Shown here piece after piece: positions 24,213-37,917 of a stretch of DNA of 64,000 nt. The DNA is from Octopus sinensis (taxonomy: Eukaryota): positions 20,522,001 to 20,586,000 of the forward strand of contig NC_043014.1 of NCBI RefSeq assembly GCF_006345805.1, read 5' to 3'. The position numbers were made by a program, and so were the translations under genes. Below the pieces are notes generated by a model, which saw only the letters and a list, made by a program, of their open reading frames with translations, did not search any database and was not told the origin of the DNA. Every line of letters begins with the position of its first letter. Positions within the stretch are counted from its first letter, which is position 1.

Positions 24213-26168
24213 TAATAGACAAGATATTATGATAAAAAAGAAGTCATTGACATATATTTTACTCGTAGTTATGTCAATCCCAGCAGACTGCAATACTTCT
24301 GTGAATACGTTTGAAAAATTAATTAAATACAAGGCCTTTCAAATCGAGGTCTCAAAATGTGGCATCTAAGAACGTAATGATATTCGGGGCTTTGGGGATA
24401 TAAGAAATCGTGCCTTCGAAAACTACGATCACATTACAGGAAACTCACAAGTAACAGAATTACAGATAAATTGTTCTTATGAACAGTCCCTTGTTCTCCG
24501 AAAGAAAAGAAAAGCACTGTTAACCTGAGAAATTTGAACTTTTAAAAAATCGCAAACTTTACAACAAATTTTTAATAACATAATTAAAACTTATAAATAA
24601 CACCCGCGCTAACTCGTCTAACTTGTTGTTTCTTGAGATCTCTAGCTGAAACTTGGAACAGCTAGTCACGTAAAAATCAAAACAGCACGGAAACGTTAAA
24701 TAAATAACAATGATGGTAACAATAATAAAAATAATAAAATTAATTATAATAATTAGAGCAATTTTATAATTGATATTATTGATATTCTACGAAATAGAAG
24801 AACTCATTATCATGATCAGCAGCAGCATCATTGTCATTATTATAATTATCATTATTTTGTAATACGTCACGTAGTAAGCATGGCGAATCAAGTGATTCTT
24901 CCTACATTTCTAAACACTTCATTATAGTTGTCGTTTATTTATGTCTCTGTTTTTTTTATTTCCCTCCATCATTATCACGAGGTATTCTGACAAAGTTTCT
25001 TCGATTATTTCCAGTAACGCATACTTAAAAGAGTTCAGCAGAGACCCCAGTTACTTCAATATCATTAGTCATGTCAATGTTGCTTGACTCTTCCGATCAC
25101 ATTGCTCAATTATTTTTTAATTATGCTAATTACATTGCCCCGAAATAATTCGTAACTCTTTTTTTCACTAACGAAAATTCTGAGGGTTGGGTGAGACTAT
25201 ATCATTCTAGTAAGGTTTAATACAACACAACATGTGCATAGTTAATTAATATGAAAAATAATTTTTAACTTCAAATTATCTCCCCTTTTTCTTTGAGTGT
25301 CAACAATAATTACCGCAAGGTTTTTTTTTTTCCTTCTCCAAGAGGAAAGTTTCAATTAAAGATTTGTTTTGAGGTACGATATTCACTGCATCATTTATTC
25401 ACTTGCTCTTTCTCATCATATAAACCTAAAGAAAACTCTATAATTTTACAAAACATATAGCCAAATATTTTGCCGTTACTATCGTAACAATTTCTCTTGT
25501 CTTTTTTGTTTTAGTTTTTGTTTGTTTGCTGCTGAACTTGAATAGTCCCAGTGTACCCAATCGTACTGATACGTTACGAAAAACACTGAAACCAATCAAA
25601 TGCTTTGTAAGTTTTTAGTGGTGTATCTAGGGCTAAAATTTATTTAAGATAGTAATTTGAGAGAATTTTGACAAATCATTCTAGCAGAAAGAGTGATCCG
25701 TAGAAATTCATTTATAAATGAGTATGTTATTCAATCTGAAGTTCTGGGAAGAATTAGGGTGGAGCTTTTGGAATTGCTATCACTGCCTCATGAAGAAGAA
25801 AATGGCTGAGAATGTAAAAATTTGAACAAAGATCTTTCAGAATCGTAATTTAAGTTGTATGAACCACAAGAATGCTGAAAAAAAAATGAAGAGGAAAATT
25901 CCCTAATTCCTTGTCCTTTGCCTTTCCCGAAGAGAACGACGAAGCAATTTGGAATATTACGTATTCCAAAATCTCAGCTGAAATCGCTTCTGCAATGTCC
26001 TGCTCAGTTATGGTAAATGTTGAAACACAAAGTGAAATTCCTAAGAATACGGCTATGCATTCGCATAGATAAGTATGTGTGTCTCTGTGTGTATATGTAT
26101 GCATGTAGTTTCGCATATATGTATGTATGCCTACATAAGCGCACGAATACACACATACACACACAAAT

Positions 26169-26299
<131 letters not shown>

Positions 26300-26484
26300 G
26301 ATGAGAGAGAGAACGTTGCTTGCTTGAACAATTGCAGAATAACTGTGTATAAATGAATTTAAAAAAACGTGTTAGAACTCCTCAGACTAACCTGTTGAGA
26401 TAAGTTTCAAGAACTAACAATTTTAACGAAACTGAACGCATGTCTTGATTTTTAATTTCCCACTCTCACACACATTAGAAATAT

Positions 26485-26672
26485 TGGTTTCAAATTTGGA
26501 ACAGAGCCAACAATTTTAGGGGAAGTGTGAAACGGTTACATCAACTACAGTATTATTTGGTACTTATCGACATAGAAGAGATGAAAGCCAGAGTCGATCT
26601 CGGCAGAATTTGGATTCAGATCATGAAGATGGATGAAATACCCGGTGTGCTAAAGATTCTGCCAGCTCGCCA
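26485..26672 (-). mobile_element. SINE family B, degenerate
   Basis: gtacttatcgacatagaagagatgaaagccagagtcgatctcggcagaatttgg...gattctgccagctcgcca. Confidence 0.7.
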
Positions 26673-27169
26673 TCTTACAAACATTAAAAATATTAAAATG
26701 AGAGATTTTTAACACAAGGAGATAGTACTGGGAATTCCCATGTAGTCAGAGTACTTAGATTTATTCGTGAATCGTAAATTAGGACAGTCGGAAGCAGGTT
26801 TCAGATTAAACAAATTACAGGAAATGAATGCCTTATCAGTGCAATTACTAATCCGAAATGGAGAAAATACGTGGTGTAAGCAAATTCTTAAAGCTTTATT
26901 CTACGCCCAGCTCATAGCTTACAGTGCAGCTTTCTTTAAAACGCGATAAAACGACAAAAACAAACATCAAAAGCCTAAATAAGACATATAATGTATCCTT
27001 TACAGGTTCCTTTATCCATATGCAGAGTAGTATCTATTTTATATGTCGAATTAATTATCCATTTAAAATCAGATGTGCAGTCTACGGAACTTACCTTTAT
27101 CACGAACATAATTTTACTAACAATCTCAAATAATTCTAATATACCTTAAGGAAAGTGAACTGGGTACCT

Positions 27170-27363
27170 TTTATCTCTAATTGTTTCAGACATTATATCT
27201 CGGCCATGCTGGGGCACCACCTTGAAAAACTTTTAGTCGAATGAATCGACCCCAGCACAAGTACGAGGTTATTAAACCTCGTACTTGTTCTCTCGGTCTC
27301 ATTGCCGAACTGCTAACTTACATGGATACATACACAACACCGGTTGTCAACCGGTGATAAAAG

Positions 27364-27400
<37 letters not shown>

Positions 27401-27401
27401 T

Positions 27402-27439
<38 letters not shown>

Positions 27440-27578
27440 TCACATACACGACGGTTTCCATCTACCAAATTCACTCACAAGGTCGGAGTCCATAGTAGAA
27501 GACACTTGCCCAAGGTGCCACGTAGTAGGACTGAATCCAGATCTATATGGTTGGCAAGCAAGCTTCTTACCGCGCCTA
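27170..27578 (-). mobile_element. SINE family A, near full length
   Basis: Tail 'ggccatgctggggcaccacc', (CA)n core, head 'gaagacacttgcccaaggtgccacgtagtaggactgaatcc...gcaagcttcttacc'. Confidence 0.85.
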
Positions 27579-27785
27579 TGAGTGTAGTCAGTATGTACAA
27601 ACTAAATTCCATAAAAACAAAACTCAGGTTACCCCACAAATTTAGCGTTATTAAAACTGAAAAAATTTGAGCTATTTCTATACTCACACCAACCCATGAC
27701 TTAACCGCGTCTAAACTCATCTATAAATCTTTTTATTATTGTGTTTCACCAAATTTAATTGAGAATAATTTCAAAATCTCAATTA

Positions 27786-27959
27786 TAGGCGTGGTTATGT
27801 GGTAAGAAGATTGCATCCCAAGATGGTTCCGGGTTCAGTCCTACTGCATGGCACCGTTAGAAAGTATAATCCATAAGGCCCTGAGCCGACCAAAGCCTTC
27901 TTAAAGAAGTCTGCCGTATTTGTGAGCGTGTGTGTATGTGTGTGTATGTGTGTATGTAT

Positions 27960-28039
<80 letters not shown>

Positions 28040-28262
28040 GGAGTTTGTGAGTGTGATTGTGTTTGTGTTTGCCTTGTTCCACCGCTTGAAAACTTGTGCT
28101 GGTTTGTTTACTTCCTCATAACTTAGTGATTATGAAAAGGAGACCGATAGAATAAGTTCCGGGCTGTAAAAAAAATAAATACGGGGATAGATTTGCCCCT
28201 CGTCTAAACCCTTTAAGATGGTGCCCCACGTAGGTTGCAATCCATTGACTGAAACAAGTAGC
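27786..28262 (+). mobile_element. SINE family A, near full length (inverted relative to 27170-27578)
   Basis: Head 'gtggttatgtggtaagaagattgc..gttccgggttcagtcc', (TG)n core, tail 'gatggtgccccacgtagg..gactgaaacaagta'. Confidence 0.85.
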
Positions 28263-28767
28263 AGATATAGATATAGTTATATAAAGAAAAGAAAGATATC
28301 GAAGTTATAAGAAAGTAATTCAAAAGGTGTCTCAAAACTTTCCGTACGTCACTGTATGTACGTACAACAATTCGGGAAGGCGACAGAGTTTGTATAGAGT
28401 AATTAGTCCTTTTATTATTTTAAATTGCTAATTATTAGTTCGAGGTTGTACCGCATGATGAAAGAACTTTGTTGCAGCCTTTGGAGTGTATATTTATTTA
28501 TTATCTTGTTATTATGTAATAAGCTATAAAATAACCTTCCATTAATTTCCTTTGTTTAGTTCAGTCATTCTTTTATGTTAAGTTGTTGTCTGTAATTACT
28601 AATTATAAGAAAGGATGGAAACGGGAAATATCATATAGATATATTTATTCTTGTTTTAACGATTATACCAGGAAGCCTTTTATGATGTATAAACATGTGG
28701 TGTTCATCCAATAACTAGTAATTGTTTTATATTAATTAGCTAAATTAATAAGAACATTATTTGAAAC

Positions 28768-28818
<51 letters not shown>

Positions 28819-28819
28819 G

Positions 28820-28911
<92 letters not shown>

Positions 28912-28928
28912 GAAGATAGATAGATAGG

Positions 28929-28972
<44 letters not shown>

Positions 28973-28973
28973 G

Positions 28974-29029
<56 letters not shown>

Positions 29030-29096
29030 GAGATAGATAGATAGATAGATAGAGATAGATAGATATAGATAGATAGAGAGATAGATAGATAGATAG

Positions 29097-29135
<39 letters not shown>

Positions 29136-29136
29136 G

Positions 29137-29193
<57 letters not shown>

Positions 29194-29318
29194 TAGATAG
29201 ATAGATAGATAGATAGATATAGATAGATAGATAGAGAAGATAGATAGATAGATAGATAGATAGATGATAGATAGATAGATAGATAGATAGATAGAGAGAT
29301 AGATAGATAGATAGATAG

Positions 29319-29350
<32 letters not shown>

Positions 29351-29367
29351 GAAGATAGATAGATAGG

Positions 29368-29459
<92 letters not shown>

Positions 29460-29460
29460 G

Positions 29461-29540
<80 letters not shown>
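28768..29540. repeat. ~770-bp (AGAT)n array with recurring gagaag interruptions
   Basis: Direct reading. Confidence 0.95.
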
Positions 29541-29541
<1 letters not shown>

Positions 29542-29607
29542 TTTAAAAACAGATAGAAATATACCATGAAAGAAAGACAGAAATAAGTTTAGAAAGAAAG
29601 AAAGAAA

Positions 29608-29643
<36 letters not shown>

Positions 29644-29989
29644 GTGATTATTTGAATGTGATTTTTGTACAATACGAGGTAAAAAGGGGAAAATGTACGG
29701 AATACAGCTGAGTCTGAATTAAGTTTGTTGAGTGCAATACAGAGGGTTTGTTTTAGTTTTACATGTTAATATACAACATATTCTGGCACACACGTTTCTG
29801 ATTCTAAAGAGGCATTCTCTGGTTGATCCTGGTGAGTGCTTTAAATAATTATTCAAGAGGAATACACACATACACACACATGTATGCACATACTGATATG
29901 AATATATGCGTGCGTATATGTATGTTTGTTTTGTGTGTCTGTGTATATACATATATATGTATATGCATATATATATATATATATATATA

Positions 29990-30050
<61 letters not shown>

Positions 30051-30130
30051 CACACACACACATATATATATTGTTGTGCTTCGGGTGGTCATTTTTTTGC
30101 CAAATAAACACACGCAGTGTATTTTTTCAC

Positions 30131-30163
<33 letters not shown>

Positions 30164-30164
<1 letters not shown>

Positions 30165-30754
30165 GAGTGAGAGAGTAGTGCATGCCATCAAAGTGGCACG
30201 GGGGTAAAATATACGAAGCCCAGTATACCCATCATGACTACCCGTCTGATAAGGATACACCAGGCACATGCATCTCAACCATATGTGCGTGACATGGTGA
30301 TATCATATCAAGATAAACAGCACATGACCTTGCAGAAGGGGCCCAGTTAGAATTTAGGTCCCTGAATAAGGGTTGCTTAAGGATGTTGAACGAACCATCC
30401 ATGTTTCCAGAGGTGAATTATTCAAACCCCAAAGAATCCCTCTCAACACATGGCTATGATGCTCCCCCACTACTTCTGCTTGTGATCAGAGATGCACGTA
30501 TCGTCAGCCACTAAGGGACATACTCAACTGGTTACGGTCAAACAACTGACAAGCAAATCTGTGGTATTGAGCAGAATATTTGCTGTAGCCCATCTGTTAT
30601 ACCAAGACAAAACAATGTACATGATAACACTTCCAATCAGTTAAGATCAGAAGCCATGAGAGCCACTGCCTGGTACTGCATCAGGGCATTAGTGCATCGA
30701 CAGGGAATCGAACCCGGGCCGCCTGCATAACAGGCGAGCATTCTACCATTGAAC

Positions 30755-30755
<1 letters not shown>
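30164..30755 (-). mobile_element. SINE family D, complete, with tRNA-Gly(GCC)-derived head
   Basis: 30693-30755 reverse complement = ggttcaatggtagaatgctcgcctgttatgcaggcggcccgggttcgattccctgtcgatgca, closely matching invertebrate tRNA-Gly-GCC minus its first 8 nt; joined directly to the family D body; (AAT)n tail at 30135-30163. Confidence 0.8.
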
Positions 30756-30785
<30 letters not shown>

Positions 30786-30816
30786 GTTATTATTATGATT
30801 ATTGTTATTATTATTA

Positions 30817-30862
<46 letters not shown>

Positions 30863-30974
30863 GCCTGTTCATTGACCGGAAATCTTTCGCCATACATCTG
30901 TGATCTCTTCAGCGACACTTTTCGTTTCCGTGTGTGTTCTTGCTCCACTTATTGTTTACATATAATCGTTTATC

Positions 30975-31175
30975 GTTAATTTATTCCAGTCATTTGACTA
31001 CGGTCATGCAGAGGCATCTCCTGGAAAGTAATTATTTGAAGAAGCCAACAACAGTACTTATTCTTTTATCATTTTTTTTTATTTTTTAATCTGGTACCAA
31101 CTCTGTCTGTCTTTCTGATAGAATCACGGAGTTACGGGGAGTTACACAAACCAACAAGTGGTAGGGGACTGACAC
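30975..31175 (-). mobile_element. SINE family A 3' half, degenerate
   Basis: tatcgttaatttattccagtcatttgactacggtcatgcagaggca.. resembles the family A tail. Confidence 0.55.
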
Positions 31176-31527
31176 AAGTAGTGTTGAAACGACTGAAATT
31201 AAAGAAGTAAAAATCATACGATAAATCTCAGGCTTCGACTGAATGTATACGTACTCTGCAAACAATCTATTTGACCTGCAATTTCACTTTGTATGAATAG
31301 TTTTCTGTTAGCTGGTATTCACAGCAGTGCTTTTTGAGGATCCAGATTCGATATTTTAGTGCCGTTCACCTAAACTCGAAACCACGTATATGCGAGCATC
31401 TTTACCACAACACCATGCCAATAGACGGACATATAAACCATGGCCTTTACACATCTCTTATTTTACGTCCTCTTCAGGTTCCTTAGAATATTATAATACT
31501 TGTGAAATGATCGATAACAAATAAAAT

Positions 31528-31715
31528 ATTGGTTTCAAATTTTGTAATAAAGCCAGCAGGTTTTCGCAGTAGGATTTAAGTCATTTACCTCGACCCCGGT
31601 GCGCAACTGGTACTTATTTTATCGACCCTGAAAGGTTGATAATGTCTCCCTCGATGGAATTTCAACTCAATGTAAAGACGACGAAATGCCGCTAAGTATT
31701 TTGCCCGGCGTGCTT
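31528..31715 (-). mobile_element. SINE family B
   Basis: cgaccccggtgcgcaactggtacttattttatcgaccctgaaagg...gacgaaatgccgctaagtattttgcccggcgtgc. Confidence 0.8.
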
Positions 31716-32011
31716 ATTATTTCTTTATTTTTTATTTTTTATTTTCTATTTTTTATTTTTTATTCTTTATTTTTTATTTTTTATTTTTTATTTTTTATTT
31801 TTTATTTATTCTCCTATCTAATTTAACAACACTGACTCCTTGACCACTCCCCAATTATGATTTTTTGCGCTATGCCTACCCCCAAAAAGTCCCCCACCAA
31901 CACCCCTTTAAACTGCCTAATGTATAAATGCCAATACAATTCTTTTTAACTAGCTTCCTGAAGATTTCTCTTGATGAAACAGTTCTAGTCCTGTAGAAGC
32001 TCCTTCTATAT

Positions 32012-32042
<31 letters not shown>

Positions 32043-32143
32043 GTTCATAGATGAGAATCAGATATTCTGCGTATCGAATACACTTAGTAGTGTTCAAGAG
32101 AATTAAACTGGAGCGGGTATAGAAATAAATGTAAATATGAGCA

Positions 32144-32192
32144 TCGATGCTTCCTAGGCGTCGATGCTTCCTAGGCGTCGATGCTTCCTAGG
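32144..32192 (+). repeat. 17-bp tandem repeat x3 (tcgatgcttcctaggcg)
   Basis: Units start at 32144, 32161 and 32178. Confidence 0.95.
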
Positions 32193-32538
32193 GCTATACA
32201 GCGGTGGTGTACCCCCCTACTGTCACGTTCGTGTTAGATTGACAGTATACAACCATTCTATCGCCCCACCACCGTACATGTCTCTACGAGAGATTTAGAA
32301 ATTTAGTATTTCTTATATATATATATATGATGATGAAATATATAAAACTATATTTATATATATAAATATATTTTTTTTCAGCATGGTGGTATCTCGTAGA
32401 TACCCTAATTCATAATTTTAATAATTGTTACCTTTGAAGGTTATTTTTTCCATGCTGACTACTCGATGAGTTCGTTATCTTATTTCTAAATTAACGATCT
32501 TATCCTTATATATATGCACACACACATGTATATACACA

Positions 32539-32611
<73 letters not shown>

Positions 32612-32811
32612 ATATATAAATATATTATATATATATTATATATATATATATTATATATAAATCTTTAGTTAAATATATTCAATGAGAATATTATATAACT
32701 GTATTTATATTGAGTACTTTATTGTATCAAAGTATTAATACTATTAAAGTATTTATATATTTAATACGAGCGATTATACATATATATATATATATATAAT
32801 ATATTATATTA

Positions 32812-32854
<43 letters not shown>

Positions 32855-32855
<1 letters not shown>

Positions 32856-33355
32856 ATTTAATAATATATATTATTAATATTACGAAATCAATATCAAAGC
32901 TCCTCAGAAAGATATACATGTGTGAAAAGTGATTGTATTAAAAATATATAAATAAATAAATATAAATATGTATAAAAATATATGTAAATATGTATAAGTA
33001 TAAATATATAATGCTTACGACAGTTAAAAAATTTTGATTTAATTATTTAAATCATCTTGGAATGAAATCTTATATTGATAAGCATTTATAGACAACGCTT
33101 TTGCTCTTCAGAGATATAAAATTTGAATTCTGTATAACATATCGAATGGTAGTTCTTTTTAAATTCAAAACTTTTAAATTGTCATAGACATTATATATTT
33201 ATACTTATACATATTTACATATATTTTTATACATATTTACAGTTATTTATTTATTTATATATTTTTACTACAACAATCATTTTTCACACGTGTATATCTT
33301 TCTGAGGAGTTTTGATATTGATTTCCTAATATTAATAATATATTATTAAATATAT
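32855..33355. repeat. AT-rich fold-back element, ~185-bp inverted arms, ~120-bp spacer
   Basis: 32855-33040 is the near reverse complement of 33161-33355 (e.g. gaaatcaatatcaaagctcctcagaaagatatacatgtgtgaaa / tttcacacgtgtatatctttctgaggagttttgatattgatttc). Confidence 0.88.
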
Positions 33356-33432
33356 ATATATATACATGTATATATATATATACATGTATGTATAGATATA
33401 TTTAAATATATATATATATTGTTGTGTGTATG

Positions 33433-33492
<60 letters not shown>

Positions 33493-34047
33493 ATGTACAC
33501 AAACAAACAAACATATATATATATATATATATATGTAGGCTGGCAGGTAGACAGACATCTGCAGAAAGAGACACAGGCCGACAAACAGACAAATAAGATG
33601 AAATATAATACAGATGCACTAACATTATTACCTTCGGGGTGATATATAAACATTTATATACATATGTTTACATTTCTTAATTTTCTTTGCATTTGGTTGC
33701 ATTTGTTTACATTTCGCGGCAAGGTGAAGATTGCAAAGAATTCAAACAGTGATTGTGTAGTCAGCAAGCAATAAATAAGCAGATAGGCAGAAAAACAGTC
33801 AGACAGAAAAACAGGCAATGAAACAGTCATAGAGTCAGATAGACTGCTCACTGGGACGACGGTTGGAAGCAAAGATGAAAGGAAAGATAATCGGAGAAAA
33901 CAATGCATTTACATATATTATAGCACAATTTCCTTTAACTAACATTCTATTCTTGTAGTAAACCTTAGAATTGAGCATCATATACATATGAACACACATA
34001 CACTTGTATGTATGTAATCATATATATATATATTACACACACATATA

Positions 34048-34530
34048 TAAACTTAGATATGTTTCGACCAAAGATTTGTCCAGGCCATGTCTATCTTAAT
34101 AGCACCACCTGATAGCATTATCTAAATCCTGTTTAAGTCAAGTTTTGTTTATGGTCCATTCAAGTAGGGAGTTCTTGTTGGGTGAGTTGTATCCAATTAT
34201 GGGTGGTTTATCCGGTATTCCTTGAAGAAATCTATCCAGACTCCATTTAAAGTTGATGAGATCTTTTTCCTCTTTGATCTCTTTCGGGACAATGTTAAAC
34301 AGGGCAAGGCCTGTTGAGGAAAAGAAATTATGTTGCAGTGTACCTATATGTTGTGATCCTGAATTGGGCAGGGGATGTATGGCCCGTGGTCCCAGCCTTG
34401 GATGAACCTTGAAACTAATATTCTGGTCGTTGGAGCAAAGTTGGCGGTATATTCTCCACATCGTACAAATGATGTACTGCTCGCGGCGGCGCTGGAGAGA
34501 GTAGAGTTTCAAGGCTTTAAGGCGGTCCCA
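34048..34530 (-). mobile_element. CR1/L2-group LINE 3' fragment (second subfamily) with 3'UTR
   Basis: 'YWDRLKALKLYSLQRRREQYIIC.MW..LFNIVPKEIK..FKWSLDRFLQGIPDKP' ending at 34138; 3'UTR ggtggtgctattaagatagacatggcctgg..taagttt. Confidence 0.85.
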
Positions 34531-34699
34531 ATAATATATACATATATATATACATATATATATACATATATATATATATATGTGTGTGTGTGTATGTGTG
34601 TGTGTGTGTACAGTCTTATAATAATATATAAGAATATACACTATTCTTATCTTAAAACTTAGAATTAAGCCTACAAATATATATGAACACACATACACT

Positions 34700-34880
34700 T
34701 ATATATATATAGGGAGAGTTTACGAAAAAAACAAAAGACGAAGACAGGTGGTGTACAAAACAAACAGATGTATTAGTATAACGCTCAGGAATAGAAAAAG
34801 TCTTTTACGTTTCGAGCCTACGCACTTCTACAGAAAGGGACACAGAAAATACAAGGAGAGGAATAATGTGTGTAGTGGCT
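34700..34880 (-). mobile_element. PLE-end family E with hammerhead-like motif
   Basis: Reverse complement of 34802-34838 = cttt-ctgtaga-a-gtgc-gtag-gctc-gaaa-cgta-aaaga. Confidence 0.65.
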
Positions 34881-34900
34881 AACGATTATGTATATATATG

Positions 34901-34965
<65 letters not shown>

Positions 34966-35014
34966 AACATAATAATTTACATACATCATCTTTTAGATTC
35001 TTTTATTTGTTTCA

Positions 35015-35155
35015 GACAAATCGAATTCCGCGATCTCAGGACTTACTTTTTAAAGCCTGGTACTTATTTTGTCGACCTTATTTGCCGAACCTCTATGTAA
35101 CGCAGAGGCAAAAGCACCAGCACTTTTCGTCAAGCGATGGTGGGGAGACAAGCAC
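35015..35155 (-). mobile_element. SINE family A 3' part
   Basis: tggtacttattttgtcgaccttatttgccgaacctctatgtaacgcagagg..aaagcaccagc..gtcaagcgatggtggggagacaa. Confidence 0.7.
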
Positions 35156-35374
35156 ACACACACACACACACATATATATATACTTCAGTTACCGTCTACG
35201 AAATCCACGTCTGCGGCTAATGTAACTACACGTGGACGTTGGCGATATTCCTTCCCCCTTCCTTTTCGTTTGGACTTTCGTATGTCTACAAATTCCGAAG
35301 AAGAGCTGTGCTCGAAACGTAAAGCAAGCCCTTTTTCCTTCCTTGAGCATATATATATACATATATATATATAC

Positions 35375-35408
<34 letters not shown>

Positions 35409-35503
35409 TATACATATATATATATACATATATATATATACATATATATATATATAAGATAATATACATATATATATATACATATATATAGATATATATA
35501 TAT

Positions 35504-35865
<362 letters not shown>

Positions 35866-36453
35866 ATATGCACACATTCAAAGGCAGACATGGAGACTGC
35901 TCACGAGTAGAATAAGATACATAAACGCAAATAAATATTAATAGAGAGATATGCATGTACACATTTATATATATGTATGTGTGTATGTTGTGTGGGTGTG
36001 CGTGTGGGTGTTTGTTTGTATATGTGTATATATAACGTTTAGATATATGCACTCGTATCTCTGTACAGGCGTATATTTTTTAAGCATGCATACGTGTGTT
36101 TATATCTTTATGTAGCAAATATTTTGCTACGTCATATATTAGCTGGATGACTTACTTAAATGGTGTTGTGCTTCACAGCTTTTCATCTCTCCATGTGTAT
36201 TTTGTTCTTTTGATAGATACAAACAACACCATTTATGCGAGAAATGTCGATTGTCTCAGTTACCTGTTATTTTTCTTTTCTTAATTTGTCTCTTTCTTTG
36301 TTTCTCTTTTTTTCTTTTCTACATTTCGACCTCTTTCTCTGACTGTCAAAGTATGAATGTACGCACATACGCGTGTGTGTATGTGTATATACATATATGC
36401 GTGAGTATTTGTATGACTGTGTATGTGTTTATCTCTCTCTCTCTCCCTCTCTT

Positions 36454-36498
<45 letters not shown>

Positions 36499-36512
36499 GA
36501 GAGAGAGAGAGG

Positions 36513-36576
<64 letters not shown>

Positions 36577-36595
36577 CAGACTGACAGACAGCTAG

Positions 36596-36646
<51 letters not shown>

Positions 36647-36649
<3 letters not shown>

Positions 36650-37088
36650 CGCAGAGAGTGGCTGTGTGGTAAGTAGCTTGCTAACCAACCACATGGTTCC
36701 GGGTTCAGTCCCACTGTGTGGCCTCTTGGGCAAGTGTCTTCTGCTATAGCCCCGGGCCGACCAATGCCTTGTGAGTGGATTTGGTTGACGGAAACTGAAA
36801 GAAGCCTGTCGTATATATGTATATATATATATATATATAATATATATGTGTGTGTGTGTGTGTGTATGTATGTGTGTGTGTGTGTGTTTGTGTGTCTGTG
36901 TTTGTCCCCCTAGCATTGCTTGACAACTGATGCTGGTGTGTTTACATCCCCTTCACTTAGCGGTTCGGCAAAAGAGACCGATAGAATAAGTACTGCGCTT
37001 ACAAAGAATAAGTCCCGGGGTCGATTTGCTCGACTAAAGGCGGTGCTCCAGTATGACCACAGTCAAGTGACTGAAACAAGTAAAAAAG
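36647..37088 (+). mobile_element. SINE family A, full-length reference copy
   Basis: Head ggcgcagagagtggctgtgtggtaagtagc..gttccgggttcagtccc, CORE-like ctcttgggcaagtgtcttc, TA/TG microsatellite, tail ggcggtgctccagtatgaccacagtcaagtgactgaaacaagtaaaaaagag. Confidence 0.9.
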
Positions 37089-37111
37089 AGTATATATATA
37101 TAGATAGATAA

Positions 37112-37194
<83 letters not shown>

Positions 37195-37831
37195 TACACT
37201 ACATCTATGTTTGGACACACGCGCACACGCATACACAAACATAGCATCTGTCTGTTTGCATATACATATGTGTGTGTATAGGAAAAGAAAGAGCTACAGT
37301 GGAAGATAGGGAACTAAGGAGATTAAACCATAGAAGTCGACGGGATTAAAAAAATGCAAGGGAGATGTCAGATTGACAAAGACAATGAAAGTAAATGGAG
37401 AGCAAGCGTTTGAAAATTCTTTCAAAATTGTACACTTCATATTTATAAGTACATAAGCATTTTATGACAGGACTGCACAAGTTTTTAGCCAGCTAAATAT
37501 GTGCACGTGTGTGTTTCTGTGTGTGGGAGTGGGGTGTTTCAGTTGTCATATGTATACACACATTCATATATATAGATACACGTCAATGTAAATATTTAAA
37601 CACATGGATAAAACACGCGCACACATACAAATACATATGCTCACATACGACGGTACACATGCACTCACATATACATATAATAATAATTTATTTATGACAA
37701 ATATATATTTATATATATAATATATATATATATATATAATATATATATGTATATGTATATATATATGTATTATGTATATATATATATATATAGTATATAT
37801 ATACTATATATATATATATTTATATATAGTA

Positions 37832-37915
<84 letters not shown>

Positions 37916-37917
<2 letters not shown>

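Noticed and set aside
25690-26070. Coding-like segment on both strands
   Set aside because: Stops in all frames and no recognisable motif; probably an unidentified transposon relic.
30693-30755. Functional tRNA genes (also at 5532, 38514 and 46067)
   Set aside because: Acceptor stems or anticodons are broken and each is fused to a repeat body; treated as SINE heads.
31950-31995. ctgaaga...gaaacagttc hammerhead-like string (similar weak cases near 2075, 40575, 43200 and 43575)
   Set aside because: Helices I-III cannot be formed in register.
34048-34100. gtcgaaacatatc (minus strand) as the 3' half of a hammerhead (also 57510-57545)
   Set aside because: No core upstream; it is the 3'UTR of the CR1/L2-group LINE.
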